DNA of 64,000 bases from Blepharisma stoltei ATCC 30299 (taxonomy: Eukaryota > Protista > Ciliophora): contig CBFDEM010000051.1 in NCBI GenBank assembly GCA_965603825.1, positions 124,001 to 188,000 of the forward strand, read 5' to 3'. Each line of letters begins with the position of its first letter. Within the stretch, counting starts at the first letter, position 1. The notes beneath the pieces were generated by a model. That model was not told where the DNA came from. It did no database searches and worked only from the letters and a program-made list of their open reading frames with translations. Positions 12,134-23,910 of this stretch are shown piece by piece. The position numbers and the translations under genes were made by a program.

Positions 12134-14008
12134 TTAAATTTGAAGCCTTTTCTGTGCCAAAGCTGACCTATTTTTATGGTTATTTTTCATTTGATTTTCC
12201 AGAAAATCAGGAAATCCTGGGTTTGGGATCAAATTTATATATTGCTGCAGTCTGATGCTCCCTTTTCCAGGCTCAGATAGTCTTCTTTTTTCTTCCAAAA
12301 CATCAGAAATTCTATATAATTTTTACAAATTTACTTCAAAATCTAGTGCAGGACAAACTTTTGTCTCTTCAGTCGCAATTAATGATATAAACTCAAGGAC
12401 ACTTACCTCTCTATCACCATTTATATCAAATATGTCAAACATCCTCTGGTGGACTGTTTCTTTCTAATTAAAATTTACATCATAATACCCTTCAATATAA
12501 TCTATAAATTCCCATATGCTTACACTCGAACTGTTATTTATTGACATTCTGTTAAAAATTCTTTGGGTTATTGTAGGACAATAACGGCCTAAAATGATAG
12601 GAGAAGCTTCTTTAAAAGAGGCAGAGGTTACATGAAAAATCCTGTCGTTACATATAGAGTCTATATCACATGCCAAAAGGAAGGTAGATGCTGCGTATTT
12701 AAGAAGGTTTATATCAAAGCCAGGCTTAAAATCGTAGGATTTTAGCTCAGGTTTTAAAAGAAGCCATTGAGTGTCTAGGATTTTTGAATAATTTAAATAA
12801 TTTGAAGAAATTCTTTTGACTGAAAGCTCGTTTCCAAAAGAAATTACTTTGTATTTTGGGAGGTTAAAGTGGTTGCATAAAAAAGCTGCGGAAAATTCGC
12901 CTAGAAGAATGTAGGAAATTGCCAGGAGAATATCAGGGAATTTTTGGGTAAAAGGCAGCTTTATAAATTCTTTAAATTTTACAGTAAATTGCTCTTGATT
13001 TTTCATATCAGGCAATGATTGTGAGCTTAAATCCATAAATTTTGAAGTATTTTCATGGCATAAAGGAATTATTCCATTACTCATAGCAAATATATCATTT
13101 GTTATAAATGGAAAAAAGGGGCTCTCAAAATAAATAAAAATATCTTTTGCTGAAATATCAGTCCCACTATTCCTATTATAAATTTCAAAACAAAGTTTTA
13201 ACTGATTTGACAAAATATTTGTCAAAATATATGTTGATATAAATTCTTCGAAAAATTGCTCATTAAAGGTGGGGTATCTTTTAAAGAAAAATTTGTTAAG
13301 AGGCTCTGCTAATACAGAACAATAGCCTTTTTGGTTTATATAATTAATAATTCTTGGGTCTTTATGCTTTAGTAGCAATTTTTTTGGGGTTGAAGAGTTA
13401 ATTGTCGAAAAAGCTGATTGAATTTGTTTCCGGATATCACTACTTACCTGTATAGGGATATTTGGAAGTATCGAATTTAAATGTCTTGCTACATGCAGAA
13501 ACAGTGTAATATGTTCATATACAAAATCATGCTTTATTGGTGAAATTTTCTTATTATTAGGAATATTCCATTCAGGGCTTTCTAAAGGGTTTATTTTAGA
13601 AAATAATACATATAGAGTACAGGAGATCACAGAAATTCTATTTTTTCTGAAATATTTAGTATTGACAATTCCTATTCTTACACGGTTTATAGCTTGTCCT
13701 CGTGATAACGGAGATGAATTAGAAATTGCTCTCCTATGATTTTTAGGCTGATTTATAGGACTTCTGAATAGGTGAGTTGTATTTCTTATTCTTATATTTT
13801 TATTTCGAGATTTAAGCATCGCTGTACGGTCAAAAGAAGGGAGCTCAGAGTAAATAAAATCCTTGTAATGGAGAAATCCTTCTTTTTGCGTATATAGGCC
13901 TATTTTTTTAAGTTTTGATTTTATTTTTTTGCGGTTGGTGGGTCGAAGAAGCATATCGGTGAGCTGAAGCTTTACAAAATCTTCTTGGCTTTGTCGTAAA
14001 AAATCCAT
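12134..14008 (-). CDS. EF-hand-containing protein (calcineurin-B/recoverin-like EF pairs), ~614 aa, 2 introns
   Basis: LCFEIYNRNSGTDISAKDI; after splicing, MFDIFDINGDREVSVLEFI. Introns 12464-12478 and 12312-12326; stop TAA 12134-12136. Confidence 0.78.
12312..12326 (-). other. 15-nt intron
   Basis: gtaaaaattatatag; removes an in-frame TAA and the ORF continues ~58 codons. Confidence 0.75.
12464..12478 (-). other. 15-nt intron
   Basis: gtaaattttaattag; splicing joins to a canonical EF-hand loop. Confidence 0.88.
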
Positions 14009-14367
14009 TTTTTAAAATCAGATAAATAACTTTTAACTTCTTATGAAACCTCTATATAAATTTTCTATCAGAATTAATCTTTTATAATTTTTAAATATGG
14101 AATTAATTAATTGAAGACAATTTATATCTTATTTAGCTATTTTAGGCAAATAAAACAAAAACAAGATAAGAAAATAAAAAAATTAAAAAGCATCCCTATT
14201 AATTTCAGAATTATCTTAAACTGATTTCCTAATAAATTTATCTTTATATCATTATATTTAATAAAAAAATCTACTGGCTTACTTCTGCACATTTGGTAAT
14301 CATAATTATCTGCGTTACAAAATAAAACTACCTCATATTTTATCTCTTTTCATAAAGCATTAATATA

Positions 14368-16260
14368 ATGGAGACTCAAAGACTTAAAACCAAAGTAGAG
14401 CTATTCATTAGTGGGAGAGCCCTTAAAAACCTCGACACTTTTAGTAAATCTGACCCTTACTGTGTTGTCTCAATGTTCGATCCAACCTCAAACACTTACC
14501 TTGAAGGGACAAGAACAGAGGTGATAAATAATAATCTCAACCCAGACTGACAAACAACAGCGACCGTTGACTATTATTTTGAGCTTCAGCAAGCAATTCG
14601 CTTTACTGTTTACGACTATGATGACAGACACCATTCAGACCTGATAGGAACATTTGACACAACACTTGGATATATCGTGGGAAAAGGCACAACAATCGAA
14701 AATATTAAAACAGCTAAAGGCCATCGAGCTGGAAAACTTATTATTAGAGCTGAAGAGGTCAGGGAATCCAGGGATATCATTTGGATGCAATTGTGTGCAC
14801 ATCATGTAGATAAGATGGATTTTTTTGGAAAAAGTGACCCTTATTTGATTTTTTATAGGGTGAGAGATGATGGGACCTGACTGAAAGTACATAAGACTGA
14901 GACGATAAAAAATACATTGAATCCTATATGGAAACCTTTTGAGATCTCAGCCCAACAGCTTTGTAATGGGGATGAATTAAAACCATTAAAAATCGAATGT
15001 TGGGATTGGGATAGAAACTCCTCAGACGATTTTATAGGAAGCGCCGAAACCACCCTACAAGAGCTCTTAAACCAAGGCAAAACTTTAGACTTAATTAACC
15101 CTGAAAAACGAAGCAAAAAAAAATACAAAAATTCCGGCGTCTTAGAAGTCCAGCAGGTTTCAGTCAGAAAAGTGTACAGTTTTATTGACTATTTAAGAGG
15201 AGGGACTCAATTTTCGCTTATGGTTGCTATAGACTTTACAGGGAGCAATGGCGATTATACAGATCCTAGGTCTTTGCATTACTTAAACCCAAATGTCCAG
15301 AATGAGTATGAAAAAGCTATATGGGCTGTTGGGGCAATTTTAGACAATTATGACCCTAATAAAATGTACCCAGCCTTTGGGTTTGGTGGCAGGACACCAT
15401 GGAATAATGGACAAGTCGATCATTGTTTCCCATTAAACGGAAACAGACAAAACCCATTTGTCCCAGGAATTCCTGGGATTATTCAATTTTACCATCAAGC
15501 TTTATCTCAGGTTGGTTTATCAGGGCCGACTTTGTTCCAGCATATTATAAGAAATGCTATAAATATAGCGATGTCAACCCCTAGGACCCAATTTTATCAT
15601 GTTTTATTGATTTTGACGGATGGGGAAATACATGATATGGACCAAACTATTGCTAATATTGTAGAAGCAAGTAGCTTGCCATTAAGCATTATTATAGTAG
15701 GCCTAGGAAATGACGATTTCAGGAACATGGAAATTTTAGACTCTGATGATGCTTTACTTAGAGATAGAAATGGCCGTCAAGCTGTTAGAGATATTGTCCA
15801 GTTTGTGCCGTTTAGAAAATTCGGAGGGAATCCTTATTTGCTTGCACAAGAAGTTTTGGCAGAGGTGCCTAAACAGATTACAGGATATATGACAAGCATT
15901 GGACATATACCGATAATACCTGAATTAGTGCCTATGAATCAATTGCAAGCTCAGAATACGATTAGACCTGTAGAAGCTGATCCTGAAGCTCAATATATGG
16001 GCTCGCAAAGTGAGAGATCTAGCTATCCTCATAATATGCCTCCACAAACTGAAAGATCAGGTTATCCTCAAAGTATGCCTCCACAAACTGAAAGATCTGG
16101 GTATCCTCAAAGCATGCCTCCACAAGGAATAATTCCTCAGCAAGGTCAATATCAAAATATGCCTCCACAAGGAATAATACCGCAACAACCGCAATATCAG
16201 ACTCTGCCACCCCAAATAAATTCAGCTCCTTGTGCGCCTCCCGAAGAAGAAAGTCCATAA
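14368..16260 (+). CDS. Copine (C2A-C2B-vWA) with a Q/P-rich repeat tail, 630 aa
   Basis: LKNLDTFSKSDPY, NNNLNPDW(TGA), MDFFGKSDPYL, VAIDFTGSNG, SGPTLF, LLILTDG, PLSIIIVGLG, RDIVQFVPF. Confidence 0.95.
16012..16215 (+). repeat. Coding tandem repeats in the copine tail (39-nt ERSGYPQSMPPQT x3; 45-nt GIIPQQxQYQxxPPQ x2)
   Basis: Directly visible in DNA and translation. Confidence 0.85.
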
Positions 16261-16355
16261 TTTCTATTATTAAATCTTATAAAAATAGAATATTTTTATA
16301 AAAAACTTAGTAAAATTATCAAAAATATAATTTAGCGTATTTTTTTATTTTTTAA

Positions 16356-16763
16356 TTATTCTTCTACTGGGCTAAATATTGTTTTCTGTAGCTCTTCACC
16401 TCGTATTGTAACCTGTACAACCATATTGATTGCCAAAGCTTCTTCTTCCCCTTGGCGTAGTGCAAACACCAGCAACCCTGTCGTCATTACCTGAGATTTT
16501 GACAAATTCAGGGCTTCTACATTAATTCCTGGAAGAGTCACACTTAGTGTATTATTCCCTGCTAAATAATTGCAATTAGGGATCATCAGCATATCAATTG
16601 TTTGCCTTCTTCTGACTGTATCAACAATATAAAATATCTTCCAAGATGCTCCTATAATATCGCGTGGGTTTCTTCAGGATAAATCAATTTGGACTTCTCC
16701 GCCTAAAGGAGAAACTTCTGGGGTGATTCTAGCAGCCTCAAGGGTGATTTCTTCAGGTTCCAT
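16356..16763 (-). CDS. 135-aa beta-rich protein, possibly a distant ASF1-like fold
   Basis: ATG 16763, one TGA, in frame with ORF 16356-16592: ...PEVSPLGGEVQIDLSW...WKIFYIVDT...GNNTLSVTLP...GLLVFAL...EEALAINMVVQV. Confidence 0.7.
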
Positions 16764-16925
16764 ATTAATCAATATATAAATTTAATAAATCTCTATTATA
16801 AGTATTACCAATTTCTTTTAGCTTATCTCTATAACAAATTTTTATGCTCCTTATTTCTTTTATTAAAAAATTAATTTTCATTATCATTTATTAAATTTTC
16901 TTATAATTATTTACAAGTGTAACTG

Positions 16926-18059
16926 ATGAGTAACTATGAGCACAAAGACGGAAATCTTGCTATTGATACAGTATTGTAAACTTTATACAGAGCGATCGAA
17001 AAGCTTAAATCTCAAAATGAGAAGCTTAGAAATGAGCTAAAAGTTTTAACTCGAGCCCTAGATGAAGCTCTCGACAAACAAAAAAAAGAAGATCGCCAGC
17101 GTGCACGCGTTCCAGTCCGCGAAGAACAATTAAACGAAAACGAACAAGAACTTGAAGCTGTCTACTCCCGCATCAAAAAATACAAAAAAGACATCGACGC
17201 TATGAAAAAACAGTTAGATGGCAATCTTAACGACGCTAAAATAAAAGATCTAGAAAATCAGTCAAAATATCTCAAAAACAGAATCAAAGAACTGGAAGAC
17301 GAAAGCTCATCCCTACAAAAAATCGAGCGGGAACAAAAAAAAGCTTTAGACGCCGCTGCAAATTGCCAGGATTATCCACAAAGGGTAGAGTCTTTGATGC
17401 AAGAAGTAAAAACGCTGAAAATGCAATATAGAGAAAAATTAAATAAGCAGAAAGAAGATGAAAAAAGACTGAAGGAGCAGCATGAGAAATGTGTGGATTT
17501 AGAAGAAAAATGCAGGAAACTGAAAAGCTTGGAAAAGCAGAGGAAAGGGATTGTAGATGAAGATGAGCCTAAGCAGATTGAAGCAAGTGAGAGAGATTTG
17601 GAAATTCTTGAGGCGAAAATTAAGGAAACAGAAAATAAGAAAAAAGATGAAGAACAAAGATTGAAAAAAAGGATAAGGGAGTTAGAAGCACATATAAGGG
17701 AAAGTAAGCACAATTTGGAACTATTAAAGGTAAAACTTAAAGAAAAAGATCAAGAATGCAGAATAAGCATGCTGAAAATGAAAGAACTAAGAAGGGCTGC
17801 ACAAAGTCAGCTTAAGCCTCTGCCTAAATTTTCAGCAAGAAAAGAAAACTCAGAAGAAAAACCTCAAGGGAGGCTAAAGTCTCAGGACTCTGAATACAGC
17901 CAGTTTTCTAAATCAAGTAACCCTAATAAAGAGCTGGAAAGCCAAAAAGTCTATGAAGACTCCCCACAAAATAAAAGAAAATCCAGCTCATCCAGCTCTT
18001 CATCTGATGAAGACAAAAAAAAATCTAAAAAACATCAGCATAAGCATGGGAAATCATAA
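16926..18059 (+). CDS. Long coiled-coil protein (372 aa, 1 intron)
   Basis: ATG 16926, intron 16976-16990, in frame with ORF 17202; K/E heptads and a Ser-rich tail. Confidence 0.8.
16976..16990 (+). other. 15-nt intron
   Basis: gtaaactttatacag; removes an in-frame TAA. Confidence 0.82.
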
Positions 18060-18062
18060 TAA

Positions 18063-18968
18063 TTACTTAAAAGCACTTACACTTTTACGTTGTGGCAATT
18101 TTTTATTTTTCTTCCTCAAAGCAGGGCTTGCAGTCTTTAAAAACGGCGTTATGCTGATTGATTCTGGCTCAATTTCCTTTATAACTTTTTCTGTTTCCTT
18201 ATAGGGAGTCGCTTTACTCTGAAAAGGGGTAAAAAATGTAGGTGGAGGGCTTATTTTTTCAATTTCTGGAAATTTAAATTCAGAAGAAATTGGTGACAAA
18301 AAGCTGAATTCTGGCAAAATTGTGGGGGTTTCGATGATACTTTCAGTTTCCTTATTCAGAATTTTTACTTTTTTGGAGGATTTTGATGGGATTTTTTTCG
18401 TTTTTGAGTGTCTTGTTAAGAGAATTATGCCGACCTCAAATGAGTTTGGAGTGCTGCCTATAATAGCAGGGGTACATTTGCTGGTTAAAATTGTATTCTG
18501 GTCTTTTGCTAAAGAATAAGAAATAATTCTGCTTCCGTTTTTCTTTATCAGATATTTTCCATGCTTGTCAATTAATCTCAGCAAGCTATTTTGGCTCATT
18601 ATTCCAAATAAACTGCAATTTTTTAAGTTCTGTTCTGAAATTCCAAAAATATTTTCACATCCAAATCCAACCCATAAGAACCTTCCTTCAAGGTCATGCA
18701 AAGATTTTACCTTGGCATCTTTTAACGCTCTATGGTCTGCACTTGCCGAGCATGACTGTATCATGTAATAAATATTTGAAGCTAGAACAGAGCGCTTTAA
18801 TTGGCCTAGTATTAAAAGTATCAAATCCCGGGTTGAAGGGTTAGAAAATATTTTGGCAATGTTGTGAGAAGTTGTTAATATGAACTGCAAAGCAAGAAGG
18901 CTTGAATCTTTGTCGATGTTGTCAAGGATTTTCTTAAGCTGGTCTTCTAAGGTAGATTCGGTATCCAT
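18063..18968 (-). CDS. Hypothetical protein with a PAS-like segment (301 aa)
   Basis: SLHDLEGRFLWVGFGCENIFGISEQNLKNCSLFGIMSQ resembles the PAS N-terminal pattern (D.dGri.yvn.a.e.lfG.s.eel.g.s..dl). Confidence 0.65.
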   Translation of the reverse strand: MDTESTLEDQLKKILDNIDKDSSLLALQFILTTSHNIAKIFSNPSTRDLILLILGQLKRSVLASNIYYMIQSCSASADHRALKDAKVKSLHDLEGRFLWVGFGCENIFGISEQNLKNCSLFGIMSQNSLLRLIDKHGKYLIKKNGSRIISYSLAKDQNTILTSKCTPAIIGSTPNSFEVGIILLTRHSKTKKIPSKSSKKVKILNKETESIIETPTILPEFSFLSPISSEFKFPEIEKISPPPTFFTPFQSKATPYKETEKVIKEIEPESISITPFLKTASPALRKKNKKLPQRKSVSAFK

Positions 18969-19055
18969 AAATTATTAGTGTATCTTGAGTATCCAAGTAA
19001 AACAAAAAATATTTAATAAAATTATTAAAATTTACACTGAAAAATAATATCATTC

Positions 19056-21158
19056 ATGAAAATTCTTAACGTGAAGCTAACTAAAGGGGGAAGAGAGTAT
19101 CATGCTTCTATAGCAGTCAGCAAAGATATGCCAGTCGAAGAATTCATGAATTTACTATCTGCATCACTCCCAATTCCTGATTCAATTATAATAGGTTTTA
19201 AGGACATTGAAGGAGTTTTAGTTATCCCCAGCTTAATCTGCAGAGAGCCTGAAATCCTCCGCACAGACGACTATGACTTAATTCTCCGTGATAAGTCCCA
19301 GCCATCTCGTCCTACCTCTGCAAACCTCAGGCAGCCTGAAGAGCAGCTTTCCCACATCTTGTCCAGCATCCGGCTAAAGTACCACCTTTCAGAAGACGAG
19401 TTTACCAGCCTTCGAAGCTGAATCAGAGAAAATAACCGCACAGTCCATCAAATTTTACAAAATTATTTAAGGGAAAATAATGTTGAAGGATTTTCTGACT
19501 GAATTTTTAACAGCTCCAGATCACATAGGAAAAATATAGAAAATGACGAAGAGATTAAAGAAGAATTAAAAATAAACAGAAGCCAAGTAAACTTAGAAAG
19601 GCCACAGACCACTAGAGCCAATATGAGACCTATGACGAGAGATGACGATATGAGGCGAGGATATCAAAAATATATACAAGTGGTTATAGAGCTAGAACAG
19701 AGAGGACTTTTGGACCAAAAAGATTTAGGAGTGATAAAAGCACTTATATTGAGAGACAATAAAGACGCAATGAGGGAGCTTGGCAGCTATTTTATGCATG
19801 GGATATCTTTAGATGAGCTGGGGATAAGGCTTCAAAGAGTAGCTGATAAGCTCAGCTCAGGCATGGAGAGGCCGAGTTCTCCAATTCCAAGAAAAAAAGA
19901 ACTTCACCTACTAGTAGAGTCTTTAGTTAAAGCAAATTTGCCCTCAAAAGAAGATATTGACATTTTAAACAATTTAATAGCAGACGAAAATGAATTTGTA
20001 TTTTCTGCTTTTGACGTGTTTGAAAGTGACAGAGACCAAGAAGAATTAATTGACTCCTTACTAAGGGCTATAAAAAAACAGAAAAAAAATAATAAAGAGC
20101 CATTGCCTAGCAACTCATTTTATCCTGACCCGCCACCTATAGAAACAGCTCCACATACCCAAGAAATTGATTATAATTTTATGTGGAAAATTATTCAGGA
20201 TTTTAATATAGGCGAAAACTGGAGTTTTGAGCTAAAAGGAACCTTAAAAGCCCTAATGCAGTCTGCAAGTAAAATAATGCAGGTAGCTTTTGAGCAGTTT
20301 ATCAAAAATGAGGATAATGATTTATTAGAGGAGGAGCTAAAAAACATTGTCAATTTGTATTTTCATGTACTGATGGCACAGTGCTTTACGCCAAGGCATA
20401 TAAAAATGATAAAAAATCAAGAAAAATTAGGCTCACTAGAAGATATAAGCCAAAAATTCGCAAATGATGGAAATGTGTATAAATTTTTTATAGGGATTAT
20501 TGAGCTGCTAGATTTAAAAGATGTGCAGAATCCAAGAAATAGAATTTTGGAGCACGTGGCGCATTTGTTAGAAGATAATGAAAATATAGAAGACCCATTA
20601 GACGCGTATGATACTTTGACTAATATTTTGTCGAATTCTAAAAATCTATCAGATTTCAGCCAAATATTGACGAGACTATATGAAGACCAAAATCCAGAAT
20701 TAATTGGAATTATCCAAAGCTACCACAATGGGGCACCTATTGAAGGAGTTGAAGAAGATTTATTAAAATTAATCGCAAAAAATAAAAATGACGAAGATTT
20801 TGGCAGCGATTTAATTGATATTATTCAGTCAGATTTCACAGAAGAGCAGCTATTTTTAATAAGAGATTTAATTTCAAATAAAGACCCATGCCTTTTTGAT
20901 GCATATGAAAATTATCAAAATTCCAAAAATAAAGAAGATTTAATAAAGGCTTTAGGAAGCTTAATAAACACCCCAGACAATGAATTTTTGGTATTTATCC
21001 AAGAAAATTTCGACGAAGAAAAACAAGAAAAATTGATAAAAATGATGAATGAGCAGGATTCCAGGCTAAAATCAGCTATAAGCCTCTATGATTTTACAAC
21101 AGATAAAGACTCTCTTATAGAAACACTAAATTTCCTACTGAGAGAAGACCCTAACTAA
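19056..21158 (+). CDS. 700-aa protein: N-terminal ubiquitin/PB1-like segment plus ~7 dispersed ~45-aa helical repeats
   Basis: ORFs 19056 and 19623 joined through two TGAs with no TAA/TAG between them. Confidence 0.8.
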
Positions 21159-21178
21159 TGACTTTTGCATAAAATTAT

Positions 21179-21820
21179 CTAAATATCAATTTTTACTTTC
21201 CCTCCCACAATTTTAGCTTCCCCTTCTGTTGCTGAATTTCCTAGCTCAATTGCAGGGGCTTCTCCAGGGTTAAATGCAGGCAGACCTCTATAAGGGCATC
21301 CTGCACACCTAAAAGCGTCTCCTAGATGACATCTTCCACAGCTGGAGCTTGGGAGCTCTGAAGGCTTACTAGCGTCTTGCAGCTCTTTAGCTCTACCACA
21401 TGTGCAGTTTTTACAAGGTTTTGGCTTAGTCAAACAGTCTTGTTTTGAGGAAAGCTCTTTATATTCTTCGTCTTGCTTTAATAAATCGTCTTCATTGATG
21501 GATTCTCCAGGATTTTCTATTGCTGAGGTCCAGACCGATTTAAGCTCGACAGCTTCTGTTGAGGCTGGCTTTTTTGCTGAAATTTGGCTTGGTGAAAGGG
21601 ATATATTTGTAAAGCCTGAAAAAATCAAGGTTCGGCGATGGGTATTAATTTCGTCTTCTGATAGAGGGGATGACAGGTTTATTGAAAAAGTTCCTGAAGG
21701 TTGGAGGGCTGTGTAGATAGATTTTATGCGAGCAGATAGATGTGGGAGAATTTCTGAGGTAAAAATAAGCTCTTGGGCTGAGTTTGGAGGCAAACTTAGG
21801 AGGTTTGATAACTCAGACAT
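21179..21820 (-). CDS. DRE2: Anamorsin / Dre2 (cytosolic Fe-S cluster assembly)
   Basis: [52 protein letters not shown]. Confidence 0.96.
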   Translation of the reverse strand: MSELSNLLSLPPNSAQELIFTSEILPHLSARIKSIYTALQPSGTFSINLSSPLSEDEINTHRRTLIFSGFTNISLSPSQISAKKPASTEAVELKSVWTSAIENPGESINEDDLLKQDEEYKELSSKQDCLTKPKPCKNCTCGRAKELQDASKPSELPSSSCGRCHLGDAFRCAGCPYRGLPAFNPGEAPAIELGNSATEGEAKIVGGKVKIDI

Positions 21821-22127
21821 TTATATTATTATAAGCGATGATTTTAAATGTAAATAAGCAAGGCAGCTATATAATGAGCAAGCATCAGCTTATTGAGCCA
21901 ATTAAATTATTATCAATAAGATAGCATGATTTTTTTTTATCTATGACTTTTCATAACTAGAATAAAATCTCAAAATATGTAAAAATTAATTAAAAATTCC
22001 AAAATTAAATAGCAGCATTTAAATTCATTTTAATTAAATAATTCATTAATCAATCCCCAATGAATCATTCTTTCCAGCCTAATCTTTAGCTTTTGCCAAA
22101 TAAATTCTTTTTCTATATAACTATTAA

Positions 22128-23150
22128 ATGGATAGTAGTTTCTCATCAAGTAAACAGCTTCATGATTTTTTTAAAGTTTGCTTCCGTGAAAACTGCGAAA
22201 TCGACGAAGAAGAAGTCACTATTGAAGAAGAAAAGACTCTCGAAGAACTCAGCCCATATGAGGTTTTTCAAAACTTCAAAGATCTGGTCAATGATTTACT
22301 TCAGTTCAAGCGGAAGTTTAAGAAAACCGACAAAGGTGGCCTGGAAACCCAGTGCGAACAATTAGAAATTTTGCTGCAAAAATTAGAAGCAGAAGCAAGA
22401 ATCCACTATGGAATAGAGCATCAACTGAAAATTCATATAGATACCTGTCAAAGTAAAGTTGAAGAATTAGAAAAAGCGATAATTGCTTATTCAATTATTA
22501 TAGAAAAACAGGAGAAAAAAATAAATGATTATGAAAATGAGATAAAAAGATTGAAAAAGACAAAAGAAAATTATCATGATGGGCTGGAAGAAAAAATTAA
22601 ATTAATAGAAAAGAGATTTAAAGAAGAAATTTCTAGCTTAGTAGAAAATCATAAGCAAGAAAACGGAAGAGACATGGACAGAACTGTATTTAAAACTTTT
22701 GACCACAAAAGAGTGCTAAGAAATGATAAATCTGCTTTAAGATTCGAAGAATTTGTGAAATTAAAATCAATGTTAGAAGATAAAAGTAAAGAGTTAGAAG
22801 TAATGAAAGAAAAATATAAAAAGGTAAAATCGGACGAAAAAACAAGCACCGTTGAAAGAAAAGCAAATATGCATAGGACTGAGTATGACATTAAATTTCC
22901 TGAAGCAAAAAATTTTGCAACTAATCGAGAAAATGGCTTTTTACGAAAATCAGCTACAAATTTATTAGAAATGATGAAAAAAAACTATAAAACTAGAGCT
23001 GTTCAGAAATTAGCAAATGAAAAAAGCAGAGATATAAGCACCGATAGAAGAGACCACGAGCTGCTGCATATAAGGTCTATTTCTGATCAAATAAGATCAG
23101 AATCTTTGCCAAGTTATCGTGGACCTAAAAGAAATACCGGAGAAACTTAA
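22128..23150 (+). CDS. Coiled-coil hypothetical protein (340 aa)
   Basis: Uninterrupted ORF, heptad pattern, LLQKLEAEARIHYGIEHQLKIHID. Confidence 0.8.
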   Translation: MDSSFSSSKQLHDFFKVCFRENCEIDEEEVTIEEEKTLEELSPYEVFQNFKDLVNDLLQFKRKFKKTDKGGLETQCEQLEILLQKLEAEARIHYGIEHQLKIHIDTCQSKVEELEKAIIAYSIIIEKQEKKINDYENEIKRLKKTKENYHDGLEEKIKLIEKRFKEEISSLVENHKQENGRDMDRTVFKTFDHKRVLRNDKSALRFEEFVKLKSMLEDKSKELEVMKEKYKKVKSDEKTSTVERKANMHRTEYDIKFPEAKNFATNRENGFLRKSATNLLEMMKKNYKTRAVQKLANEKSRDISTDRRDHELLHIRSISDQIRSESLPSYRGPKRNTGET

Positions 23151-23211
23151 TTTTTAATCATAATTGTGTGAATAAATAGGGGAGCTTCATTATTTATATA
23201 CAAAAAATCTG

Positions 23212-23910
23212 ATGGCATCTTCACAGTCCCAAACTAAAGCTTTATCATTTATCCCGGTCAATTTAAGACTTGTCCACGAAATTACTCAAAAAGGTGAACC
23301 GTTTACCCTAGATTCAGAGCCCGTTGAATGAATTGACTTTGTAAGCCGCGTCACAGCTTATCGAGAGACTAACAAAGCGATTTTTCTGACTTTCCAGGAC
23401 GAATTTGCAGAGTTTTATGGAATTATTTATAGAAAAGATGAAAATACCCAGCCAAGAGCTATAAAAGGCTATCATCACACTGATGGAGGATATGCCCATG
23501 TTATAGGAAATATCGCTAATTTTGAAGATGGGCCGAAATGTATAGTCCAAGCTATAGAAAACGTAAAAATTTACGAATATGTCCATTACCACAGGACAAA
23601 AGTCCTTTGAAGCTATCTTGTCAGGAATAAAGTTCTGCATTGCCCTTTAGAAAGTTTGATAGAAATTCCACGTGAAACCCCTAAAATTACTCCTAAAATT
23701 AATGACACAGATATGGAGCATTTAAGCCTCGAGCAGGCTGAAGTACTGAACGTTATAAGGAAAAGAGGAAATCAGCTAGGAATCAATAGAGATGAAATTG
23801 CGAGTATTGTGAAAAACAAAGTTAGAAAATTAGATGAAGTCTTAGACGAGTTGGTGAATTTTGGATTTTTATATACAGAAAGTGATAATAATATATACTT
23901 TTATACTTAG
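23212..23910 (+). CDS. RPA2: RPA2/RPA32-like ssDNA-binding subunit (OB fold + C-terminal winged helix), 232 aa
   Basis: With TGA=W: FIPVNLRLV...FTLDSEPVEWIDFVSRV...FQDE...YAHVIGNIANFEDGPKCIVQAIENV...VHYH; C-terminal GINRDEI...LDELVNFGFLYTESDNNIY. N-terminal two-thirds missing from the ORF track. Confidence 0.75.
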
